In this document: piece by piece, positions 8,808-16,904 of the stretch | Layout: the number at the start of each line of letters is the position of its first letter | Numbering within the stretch: position 1 is the stretch's first letter | From: Dehalococcoidales bacterium | GTDB taxonomy: Bacteria > Chloroflexota > Dehalococcoidia > Dehalococcoidales > UBA1222 | DNA: 27,399 nucleotides | NCBI GenBank assembly: GCA_049520695.1 | Contig: JBEKPN010000001.1 | Span: 1 to 27,399, forward strand | Direction of reading: 5' to 3' | Translations under genes and position numbers: made by a program | The notes under the pieces: model-generated | Databases searched by the model: none | Seen by the model: the letters and a program-made list of their open reading frames with translations, nothing else | What the model was told of the DNA's origin: nothing

Positions 8808-8904
8808 ATTTCCCTCCAATATTTTTTGATTTAGTTGGATATGAGCAAAAGTAACAGTATAGTACTCTAATAATTGGACACAATCAAACCGCCGTGAAGG
8901 AACC

Positions 8905-9108
8905 CTATAGAGTTGATCTATCGTAGAGCAGACGGTTAATAAGCCGCCGGTTGAGCGGGCTACCGCCACCCTTTAGTTCAGAACGCAAACTCGCGGTTGC
9001 CCGTCTTATCATGATTAAAACAAAAAGCGCTATATAACCAAGCACGATACTTCGCGATTCACCATGCCACCAAGCGGCCAATGGTAAGATTGCAAAGCCG
9101 ATAGCCAT
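8905..9108 (-). pseudogene. Possible C-terminal fragment of a PlsY-like membrane protein
   Basis: Hydrophobic helices ending …LINRLLYDRSTL resemble, from memory, the PlsY C-terminus; no SD and no N-terminal part. Confidence 0.35.
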
Positions 9109-9267
9109 CCCGAGTGGTAAGCTAGACTGGGATGCCCCACAAATTTTAGTTAATAATCGTTTTTTTCTTGATAGGCTGTTTCTCCCTGACTGTCACTTTA
9201 GTACAGGATTGTTGTCTCCATATTATCTCTTTGTAAAATCCATGTAAAATGCCAGCAGGCGATTGTA

Positions 9268-10056
9268 TTATTCGTCGGGATAGCTCAAGTCGGACCCGGG
9301 CGGGCTCACCCGGCCCTCGTTCTCCACCATCGACTGGAGCATCTTTTTCTCTCTGGCGGTGAGGCTGGCTCCGGCCAGCAGGTCGGGGCGGCGCCGGGCA
9401 GTCCTCAGAATTGATTGCTCGCGGCGCCAGGCGGCGATTTTGGCGTGATTGCCCGAAAGAAGTATTTCCGGGACCTTCCAGCCGCGGAACTCAGCAGGGC
9501 GAGTGTACTGGGGATGTTCCAGCAGTCCGTCCGAGTGCGAATCTCCGGGAGCTGATTCCTCCGAACCCAGCACGCCGGGAATAAGCCGTACCACGGCATC
9601 CGCCACCACCAGCGCCGCAAGCTCACCACCGGAGAGAACGTAGTCGCCGATGCTGATCTCCTCGGTTACGATGTGCTCGCGCACGCGTTCATCCACACCC
9701 TCGTAATGACCGCACAGGATGACCAGCCGCTTATGCTCCGCCAATCGATAAGCCAGAGACTGGGAGAACGGCTTGCCCTGCGGCGTCATCAGGATGACAG
9801 GGATGGGTTCTTCATCCGGCTGGCGGTCCTTGAGCACGTCCTCCAGCGCCTCGAATACCGGCTCCGGCTTGAGCAACATGCCGGCTCCGCCGCCGAAGGG
9901 GTAGTCATCCATCACGTGATGTTTGTCATGGGTGTAGTCGCGCATATTATATATATTGAAGCTTGCCAGCCCTTTGTCTCTGGCGCGCTGGAAGATGGCG
10001 GACGAAATCGGCGACTCGAAAAGCTGCGGGAAGAGGGTAAGTATGTCTATGCGCAT
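9268..10056 (-). CDS. trmD: tRNA (guanosine(37)-N1)-methyltransferase
   Basis: [60 protein letters not shown]. Confidence 0.98.
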   Translation of the reverse strand: MRIDILTLFPQLFESPISSAIFQRARDKGLASFNIYNMRDYTHDKHHVMDDYPFGGGAGMLLKPEPVFEALEDVLKDRQPDEEPIPVILMTPQGKPFSQSLAYRLAEHKRLVILCGHYEGVDERVREHIVTEEISIGDYVLSGGELAALVVADAVVRLIPGVLGSEESAPGDSHSDGLLEHPQYTRPAEFRGWKVPEILLSGNHAKIAAWRREQSILRTARRRPDLLAGASLTAREKKMLQSMVENEGRVSPPGSDLSYPDE

Positions 10057-10074
10057 GGTAGATTTATTCTACCA
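10057..10074 (-). promoter_or_regulatory. Extended -10 (TGgTAGAAT) 9 nt before trmD ATG, within a 6-bp inverted repeat
   Basis: -10 at 10066-10071; GGTAGA-N5-TCTACC at 10057-10073; no SD. Confidence 0.45.
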
Positions 10075-10254
10075 CATCCGTAGAGTGTGTTTGGGCAATT
10101 GACACGTCGATTTATTATTACGCTCCCTTTACATATTTATATTTATATAGTGCTTTCCCGCCAAAAAGTTCATTCTTTCTGCTTTTATGGCTTTCCAGTT
10201 TAGTACTATCGCCTTTTATGTTGCCTTATAAACAAAATATTCTTTCTAAAACTA

Positions 10255-10318
10255 TTGACAACGATGGGTGCATGTAGTGTAGAATGGTAGAAAGTGGGAA
10301 GAAGTGGGGAGTAGAGGA
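10255..10318 (+). promoter_or_regulatory. dcw promoter with MraZ boxes (GTGGG repeats at 10-nt period)
   Basis: TTGACA 10255-10260, TAGAAT 10280-10285 (19-nt spacer); ATGGT 10284, GTGGG 10294, GTGGG 10304, GAGGA 10314. Confidence 0.75.
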
Positions 10319-10328
10319 TTTTTCTCCT

Positions 10329-10754
10329 ATGTTTCTGGGCGAATTTGAATATCGTATAGACGACAAGGGGCGCATGCCTTTTCCGCCTCGTTTCCGTCCT
10401 TACTTCAAGGACGGAATTATAGTTGCGCCTGGCCAAGAAAAGTGCCTTTCAGTTTACACCATTGCCGAGTGGAAGAAAATGGCGGACAGCTTGGCTGCCG
10501 GCGGCCTGCCACCCAGCAAGCTGCGCAAGATAAACCGCGCCCTTTTCGCCACGGCCTTCCATACTAACCTGGATGCCCAGGGCCGCATCAACCTGCCGAC
10601 GACGCTGCGCCAGTATGCCGGTCTGGATGAGGACATCATCGTCGCCGGAGCCAACAGCTATATCGAGCTTTGGGATAAAGCGGCCTGGGACAGCGAAAAG
10701 AATACCGACCTGGCTGAAGCCTGGCAGATAATCGAAAGCCTGGAAAGGCACTAG
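10329..10754 (+). CDS. mraZ: Division/cell wall cluster transcriptional repressor MraZ
   Basis: [15 protein letters not shown]…, second DAQGRI repeat, IELWD; true start ATG 10329. Confidence 0.96.
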   Translation: MFLGEFEYRIDDKGRMPFPPRFRPYFKDGIIVAPGQEKCLSVYTIAEWKKMADSLAAGGLPPSKLRKINRALFATAFHTNLDAQGRINLPTTLRQYAGLDEDIIVAGANSYIELWDKAAWDSEKNTDLAEAWQIIESLERH

Positions 10755-10764
10755 GGGAGTGGGG

Positions 10765-11808
10765 ATGCCGACCACTACGCACATTCCTGTCCTGTTGAAG
10801 GAAACCGTGGAAGCCCTGGCTATCCAGCCGGGTGGCCGCTATGTCGACTGCACGGCGGGGGGCGGTGGGCATGCCGAGGTCATACTGGAGCGCAGTGCAC
10901 CCGGCGGCCAATTGCTGGGCATAGACGCCGACCCCGAAGCCGTAAGGTTGGCGCGAGCGCGCCTGTCGCGTTTCGGCAACTCGGCACTGATTGTCAACGA
11001 CAACTTCTCCAATCTGGAAACCATCTGCCTTAAAAACGACTTCGAACCGGTCAACGGCATTTTATTCGACTTGGGGCTGTCTTCGCTCCAGCTCAGCGAG
11101 ACCGGGCGCGGCTTTAGCTTCAAGCATGGCGCGCCGCTGGACATGCGGTTCGGTCCGGAGCAGACCATTTCTGCCGCCGATATCGTCAATAAGTACTCCG
11201 AAACCGAACTGGGGCGCATCATCTACGAATTCGGCGAGGAAACACACAGCCGCCAGATAGCCCGCCTTCTGGTGCGGGCGCGTCCTATCCATACCACTGA
11301 CGAACTGGCAGCGCTTATCGAACGCGCCATGCCGGTACGAGGGCGCATACACCCCGCCACCAAGACCTTTCAGGCGCTGCGCATTGCCGTCAACCAAGAG
11401 CTGGAGCACCTTGAGTCGGCACTTGCGCAGGCCCTAAACCTGCTGGGACATGAGGGACGTTTGGTGGTCATCAGTTATCATTCGCTGGAAGACCGCATCG
11501 TCAAGAACTTTATGCGCCGCGAGGCCGCCGGCTGTATCTGCCCACCCGGCCTGCCGCAGTGCGTTTGCCATCATCAGCCCCGCCTTGGCCTGGTACATAA
11601 GGGGGTCATCGCCCCCAGTTTGGCGGAGGAAAAGGCCAATCCGCGCTCGCGCAGCGCCAAGCTGCGGGTAGCCGAAAGAATTATAAGCAGCGAAGAGTGG
11701 CAGGAAACGGCGCAGCGCCTCAGCCAGCTTGCCGGCAACGAGACCAGCGGCTGGAAACATCCGGACAAACTGAGGATGATTTTCGGCGCAACGCTTAATT
11801 TGAATTAG
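10765..11808 (+). CDS. rsmH: 16S rRNA m4C1402 methyltransferase with about 40-aa C-terminal extension
   Basis: [25 protein letters not shown]…[41 protein letters not shown]. Confidence 0.97.
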   Translation: MPTTTHIPVLLKETVEALAIQPGGRYVDCTAGGGGHAEVILERSAPGGQLLGIDADPEAVRLARARLSRFGNSALIVNDNFSNLETICLKNDFEPVNGILFDLGLSSLQLSETGRGFSFKHGAPLDMRFGPEQTISAADIVNKYSETELGRIIYEFGEETHSRQIARLLVRARPIHTTDELAALIERAMPVRGRIHPATKTFQALRIAVNQELEHLESALAQALNLLGHEGRLVVISYHSLEDRIVKNFMRREAAGCICPPGLPQCVCHHQPRLGLVHKGVIAPSLAEEKANPRSRSAKLRVAERIISSEEWQETAQRLSQLAGNETSGWKHPDKLRMIFGATLNLN

Positions 11809-11909
11809 GTGGTGGGGGCAGGGAGCCCGGAAGGAGGGGAAAAAGATGTGAGCGTCAGAACTGACTCGCCGGAGTTTTCCGTAGTAGCAGTCTGTAAAAG
11901 GAGGAGTAA

Positions 11910-13136
11910 ATGAGCAGGAAATCAACCATTACCGCGATCGATGTTGGCACCACCAAGATAGCCACTATCATCGCCGAACAGGACAACGGCGGTGTGCGTG
12001 TGGTGGGTGTAGGCATCACCCCCTCGTACGGTATGCACAAGGGGCTGGTGGTCAATATCAATGACGCCAAGGAAGCTATCCGCGAATCGATTCGGAAGGC
12101 TGAACAGGCGTGCAACATCAGGGTGGAGTCGGCCTATGTCGGCGTGACCGGCCGGCACGTTTCTTCCACCAACAACCGGGGCGTAGTGGCTATCACCCGC
12201 AACGACAGACTGGTAAGGCCGGATGACCTCAAGCGCGTCATGACCACCGCGCAGAGCGTCAAGGTACCCCAGGACAGGAAACTGCTACACGTCATCCCGC
12301 GCAACTACGCGGTGGACGGCCAGCCGGGTGTCAAGAACCCGGTAGGTATGCACGGTTTCCGGCTGGATGTGGAGACACACATCATCACGGCGGCTGCCAA
12401 CTCGATACAGAATTTGGTCAAGTGCGTGCGCAGCATTGGGATCGACATCGATGACCTGGTGCTCGAACCCCTGGCTTCATCCGAAGCTGTGCTAACCGAA
12501 GACGAGCGCCAGGCGGGCGTGGCCATCGCCGACATCGGCGGCGGTACCACCGACATCTGCGTCTTCAAAGAGGGTAGCATCTATCACACCGCCATCCTCC
12601 CGGTGGCCGGCTACCAGCTCACACGCGACGTGGCTATCGGTCTGGGACTACCCTTCGAGGTGGCCGAGGAAATGAAGAAACGCTACGGCAGCGTCATGTC
12701 GGTATACGAGAACAAGATGGCCGGCGGCACGCCTATCTCCGAGGACGGCCACGGCATCTCCTACCAGGACCTGTGCGACATCCTGCACGCCCGCGTGGAA
12801 GAGATACTACGCCTGGTGCTGCTGGAGCTCCCGGGCTCCGATTACGAATCGGTCATCCCTGCTGGCTTGGTGCTCACCGGCGGCAGCTCCAACCTCTCGG
12901 GCATAGAGACCCTCGGCTGTGAGGTTCTCAAACTCCCGGTGCGTGTCGGCTGCCCGCTGCACATCACCGGCATCACCGATTCTTTGCACGACCCGGCCTA
13001 TGCCACCGGTGTCGGCCTGCTCCTGTGGGGGGCAAAGCACCCTTCACGCCACACCCAGGAATGGAACGGTGGCGGTTTCACCGGCAGAATGCGCCAGATG
13101 GCAAGTCGACTGGCGTCACTATTCTCTGGCAAGTAA
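11910..13136 (+). CDS. ftsA: Cell division protein FtsA
   Basis: IDVGTTKI, DIGGGTTD, LTGGSS actin-fold motifs and C-terminal amphipathic helix; SD AGGAGG. Confidence 0.96.
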   Translation: MSRKSTITAIDVGTTKIATIIAEQDNGGVRVVGVGITPSYGMHKGLVVNINDAKEAIRESIRKAEQACNIRVESAYVGVTGRHVSSTNNRGVVAITRNDRLVRPDDLKRVMTTAQSVKVPQDRKLLHVIPRNYAVDGQPGVKNPVGMHGFRLDVETHIITAAANSIQNLVKCVRSIGIDIDDLVLEPLASSEAVLTEDERQAGVAIADIGGGTTDICVFKEGSIYHTAILPVAGYQLTRDVAIGLGLPFEVAEEMKKRYGSVMSVYENKMAGGTPISEDGHGISYQDLCDILHARVEEILRLVLLELPGSDYESVIPAGLVLTGGSSNLSGIETLGCEVLKLPVRVGCPLHITGITDSLHDPAYATGVGLLLWGAKHPSRHTQEWNGGGFTGRMRQMASRLASLFSGK

Positions 13137-13166
13137 AAATAAAAAGATTGATATAAGGAGAAAAAA

Positions 13167-14294
13167 ATGGCAAAGACGAGTTTTGTTCCCAATGGAGCCA
13201 GGATCAAGGTTTTCGGCTGCGGCGGCGGCGGCAGCAATGCCATCACTCGCATGGTGCGCGAAGAGATTCAGGGCGTTGAGTTCATCGCTGTCAATACCGA
13301 TGCTCAGGCGTTGGCCATCACCGAGGCACCTGTCAGACTGCAACTCGGCGAAAAACTGACGCGTGGCCTGGGCGCCGGCGGCGACCACAACATGGGCATG
13401 AAGGCCGCTGAAGAAAGCCGCGATGAAATCAAGGAAATGGTAACCGGAGCCGACATGGTCTTCGTGACCGCCGGTATGGGCGGCGGCACGGGCACCGGCG
13501 CGGCCCCCGTAGTGGCTCAGATATCCAAGGAATCGGGCGCTCTGACCATCGCCGTGGTCACCAAGCCCTTCTCTTTCGAGGGCACTCACCGCATGCAGGT
13601 CGCCCAGGAGGGCATCAGCCGCCTGCTGGGCAAGGTCGATACCCTCATCATCATCCCTAACGATCGCTTGCTCGACCTGTGCGATCCCAAGACCGGCGTT
13701 GATACCGCCTTCAAGATGGCCGATGACGTGTTGCGCCATGGCGTGCAGGCTATCTCCGAGGTCATCACCGTACCCGGCATGATCAACCTGGATTTTGCTG
13801 ATGTAAAGGCGGTCATGAAGGATGCTGGCCCCGCCTGGATGTCCATCGGCCGCGGCACCGGTAAGAACCGCGCCGTGGATGCCGCCCGCGCCGCCCTGGC
13901 CAGCCCGCTGCTGGATGTCACCATCGAAGGCTCCAAGGGCGTGCTCTTCAACGTGGTCGGCGGCGCCGATCTCACCCTCTTCGAAGTCAACGAAGCCGCT
14001 GAGGTTATCAAGCAGGCGGTTGACCCCGACGCCAACATCATCTTCGGCGTGGCCTCCGATTCCGCCATGGGCAGCGAGGTGCGCATTACCCTTATCGCCA
14101 CCGGTTTCGTCAACAAGACAGATGTCGATACCAAGGAAGACGACGAGTTCACCAAGAAACTCAAGAATATCAAGACCGAGGATGAGTTGGACGTACCCTC
14201 TTTCCTGCGCCGCTGGAACCGCCCTATATCCAACCGCCAGGCCATTCCTCAGGATAAGGTGACCCGCCCGCAGATGCGCTCGTACAATCCGTAA
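13167..14294 (+). CDS. ftsZ: Cell division protein FtsZ
   Basis: [24 protein letters not shown]-terminal LDVPSFLRR peptide. Confidence 0.98.
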   Translation: MAKTSFVPNGARIKVFGCGGGGSNAITRMVREEIQGVEFIAVNTDAQALAITEAPVRLQLGEKLTRGLGAGGDHNMGMKAAEESRDEIKEMVTGADMVFVTAGMGGGTGTGAAPVVAQISKESGALTIAVVTKPFSFEGTHRMQVAQEGISRLLGKVDTLIIIPNDRLLDLCDPKTGVDTAFKMADDVLRHGVQAISEVITVPGMINLDFADVKAVMKDAGPAWMSIGRGTGKNRAVDAARAALASPLLDVTIEGSKGVLFNVVGGADLTLFEVNEAAEVIKQAVDPDANIIFGVASDSAMGSEVRITLIATGFVNKTDVDTKEDDEFTKKLKNIKTEDELDVPSFLRRWNRPISNRQAIPQDKVTRPQMRSYNP

Positions 14295-14322
14295 ATTAAA
14301 TAGAGTTGACATCCCTTGAAAT

Positions 14323-14363
14323 AAGAGAGAGGCTGGATTGGAAATCCGGCCTCTCTTCGTTTT
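14323..14363 (+). terminator. Intrinsic terminator after ftsZ
   Basis: AGAGAGGCTGGATT / AATCCGGCCTCTCT stem followed by TCGTTTT. Confidence 0.75.
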
Positions 14364-14537
14364 ACATCAGCTTGATTATAGGTTCTTTTTATAAAGGAAC
14401 CATTGTGGCATAACTGCCATTGACAACGGTGGTAAAATTGTCTGGGTGGATGTTCATATCTGATCGTCTTGTTGGAGGATTTGAGCATAAGTTTCGATAT
14501 AATAAGCAGCATATCGTAGTCGCCCATAGTGGTATAG

Positions 14538-14771
14538 GTGTTTGTTTGCGGGAAGGGCGAAGATCTGTCACTCGTAGAGGAGCACGTGGGTGACAGGGAG
14601 CCAATAGTGAAACCGAACTTGATATAAGCAGTCAGCCCCGACTTCCAGAGTCTGCGTTTTGTGATTGATACGGGAAGCGGGAGCGCCAGGGTTGAATCCT
14701 TTAACATCGACACCAGCGTGGGCAAGGTAACGGTCACTCGTGACAAGCTCTGGTGCCCAGTCACAGAGTAG
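14538..14771 (+). pseudogene. 77-codon reading frame interrupted by one in-frame TAA (14625-14627)
   Basis: GTG 14538: MFVCGKGEDLSLVEEHVGDREPIVKPNLI*AVSPDFQSLRFVIDTGSGSARVESFNIDTSVGKVTVTRDKLWCPVTE*; gene-like codons after the stop; missed by ORF track. Confidence 0.4.
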
Positions 14772-14844
14772 TAGGCTGGGCGATACCTCATAACCCGGAT
14801 TTCAAACCCGTAGTCGGTTGCAGTATAACGGGCAAGGAGGAAAG

Positions 14845-15432
14845 ATGGAAGACAACGAAAAAGTGGTGAGGAAGGCCGTGGATGGCCAGGAGAAAGGGCT
14901 CAAGTCAGCCGCCGCGGAGATATGCACCGGCGTGGAGGAGGGTATCACCGCGGGCATCAGAGATGGCTTGCGGCGCGGCGTCAAGGAAGGGCTTGAAGAG
15001 TGCTTGAGCGGTGGTGCAGTGAGCGCGGAACGAACCGACTTTGCTACCAAGTGCACGCAGATTCTGCAGGGGGAACTCAAAGAGGCGGTGAGGAAGGGCA
15101 CCAAGCCGCTCTTCGACAAGCCCGCAATGATAATCGAAGACGGGGTGTGCGCTGAACTGGCTAAGACGCTGACGCACGCAGACAAGCCCGTTTCCTTGGG
15201 TGTCATGGATGCCCTTAGCGGGCGCGCGCTGGAGTTCGCCAAGACGAAGGAGCAGGAGGTATTCAGTCACACGGTTGCCAAAGTGCCCAAAAACCCTCTG
15301 TTTATGCCAATCGTGGATGGCCTGGACTTGGCCTTTCAGGATAGCCTGACCGAAAGCTTCAAGGTGTTCCCGGACCATCTGGCGGCAGCGGTCAAAGCTA
15401 GAGAAAAGGGTGAGAAAAATGCCAGCCGATAA
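14845..15432 (+). CDS. Hypothetical helical protein with six-fold GxxxG repeat (195 aa)
   Basis: Strong SD AAGGAGG before ATG 14845; GVEEGITAGIRDGLRRGVKEG. Confidence 0.8.
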   Translation: MEDNEKVVRKAVDGQEKGLKSAAAEICTGVEEGITAGIRDGLRRGVKEGLEECLSGGAVSAERTDFATKCTQILQGELKEAVRKGTKPLFDKPAMIIEDGVCAELAKTLTHADKPVSLGVMDALSGRALEFAKTKEQEVFSHTVAKVPKNPLFMPIVDGLDLAFQDSLTESFKVFPDHLAAAVKAREKGEKNASR

Positions 15433-15988
15433 CAATGGCCAGGGCCTGAGCGCGGAGGTAAAGAAACAGGTTGCCGATGCAGTCAGCGAAATCGTCTGCC
15501 TGATAACCAAGGAGTCAATGCGGCATACTTTCGCGTCATGGAGGCACAATCTGGACCAGATGAGCGAGCGGTCCATCGAGAAACTTGAGCGCAGGCTCGC
15601 CGCGAAAATGGAAAAATCTGCTGTCAAAAGCTGCGAGGAAAGCGTTACCGAAACCAAAAGCCTCCTTGAGGGGGCGATTAGTAACGCCAAGATGTCCAAC
15701 ATTGGCTTCCTGGGAGGCCAGGTGGCGCGGAGCGCCCTTTTTCTGGTAGGCGGCGCGGGTCTTATTGCGGGCGGGGCTGCGGCGTACGGAGCTAGCGGAG
15801 GTTTTGGCGGAAATTCTGTACCTGTCACTCAAACCGTGACGCTAACCACTCCTGGGCCCACCGTAACCAATACACAGACCGTAACAACTACCCAACTCGT
15901 CCCGGGACAGACCCTCACTGTCACTGCAGCTTTAGTCACACGTACGTTTGTACAGACTGTGACGGTAACAGCGTCTTCGGGCCCTTAA
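15419..15988 (+). CDS. Hypothetical membrane protein: helical N-terminus, Gly/Ala-rich TM segment, Thr/Val-rich tail (189 aa)
   Basis: ATG 15419 overlaps upstream stop by 14 nt; ALFLVGGAGLIAGGAAAYGA hydrophobic segment; TVT-repeat tail. Confidence 0.8.
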   Translation: MPADNNGQGLSAEVKKQVADAVSEIVCLITKESMRHTFASWRHNLDQMSERSIEKLERRLAAKMEKSAVKSCEESVTETKSLLEGAISNAKMSNIGFLGGQVARSALFLVGGAGLIAGGAAAYGASGGFGGNSVPVTQTVTLTTPGPTVTNTQTVTTTQLVPGQTLTVTAALVTRTFVQTVTVTASSGP

Positions 15989-16320
15989 TTAGAGAAAAAG
16001 AGAGATAAACCTGATATGCCACACGTTTCGTAATTCTGAGTTGGTTGTGCCATCTAGTGGTTTTAGACACTAAATAAGGTTATTGTGGCTTTTAGTAAAA
16101 CCCCGTTTTGTGCCTGCAGTATCTTTCTATGGCATCCGCCGGGGCCAAGACGGCCACGGGTGCTTTCAGCGTCAGAATTCCAAGTCTTACTTCAGGGACA
16201 ATTTATCAGCTGTGAATAACCTGTCAAGTCGAAAATTGGTCAATAGTATTTCATTTCCTGTTATTCGCAGAACTTACTATCGTCGTCTAAAAATATGGCC
16301 CAAATAACTACAAAAACAGC

Positions 16321-16375
16321 TTGACTTCCACTAGATATTGTGGTAAGTTATTTATAGTAATACTATATCTAGTGG
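16321..16375 (+). promoter_or_regulatory. nrdR-nrdJ promoter with tandem NrdR boxes
   Basis: TTGACT 16321-16326, N17, TAAGTT 16344-16349 with extended TG; boxes CCACTAGATATTGTGG (16328-16343) and ATACTATATCTAGTGG (16360-16375), 32 bp apart. Confidence 0.85.
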
Positions 16376-16382
16376 TTATGTT

Positions 16383-16871
16383 ATGAAATGCCCATATTGC
16401 GGCAGTGACGATTCCAGGGTGGTGGATTCGCGCGACACCACGGATGGTGTCAGGCGCAGGCGGGAGTGTATCAAGTGCCAGGCGCGTTTCACCACCTACG
16501 AGCGGCTGCAGCCGGTCAGTCTCTACGTCATCAAGAAGGACGGCCGCCATGAGGAGTTCAACAAGGAAAAGCTGCTCAGCGGCATTCGCAAGGCCTGTGA
16601 AAAGAGGCCGCTGGCGGCCGGGGCCGTCGATGGATTGGCGGATGACATAGAGAGCGAGCTCATCCAGATGGGCAAAACCGAGATTCCCAGCTCTGTCATC
16701 GGCGACATGGTGATGACGCACCTCAAGAAGCTGGACTACATCGCCTACATACGTTTTGCCAGCGTTTACCGCGATTTCACGGACATCACTGACCTCAAGC
16801 AGGAGGTCGATACGCTCTTAAGCCACCAGTCCCCGCCGGACGGCCAACTCACGCTGCCCATCAATTCCTAG
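16383..16871 (+). CDS. nrdR: Transcriptional repressor NrdR
   Basis: MKCPYC…SRVVDSR…RRRRECIKC Zn ribbon, ATP cone, YIRFASVYR. Confidence 0.98.
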   Translation: MKCPYCGSDDSRVVDSRDTTDGVRRRRECIKCQARFTTYERLQPVSLYVIKKDGRHEEFNKEKLLSGIRKACEKRPLAAGAVDGLADDIESELIQMGKTEIPSSVIGDMVMTHLKKLDYIAYIRFASVYRDFTDITDLKQEVDTLLSHQSPPDGQLTLPINS

Positions 16872-16904
16872 GTCCGTACAGCTTAATCCAGTTCGGGGGT
16901 TTTT

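Noticed and set aside
11809-11909. Possible ftsL remnant or ncRNA between rsmH and ftsA
   Set aside because: Only 101 bp, purine-rich with weak hairpins; no ORF or RNA family recognisable
13119-14312. 397-aa ORF antisense to ftsZ
   Set aside because: Antisense shadow of a highly conserved gene
14249-14791. 180-aa minus-strand ORF after ftsZ
   Set aside because: Runs through the ftsZ terminator and 3' end, has no SD; the plus-strand interrupted frame has more gene-like codons
14905-15828. 307-aa minus-strand ORF over the unknown two-gene module
   Set aside because: Plus-strand genes have a strong SD, coupling and coherent domain structure
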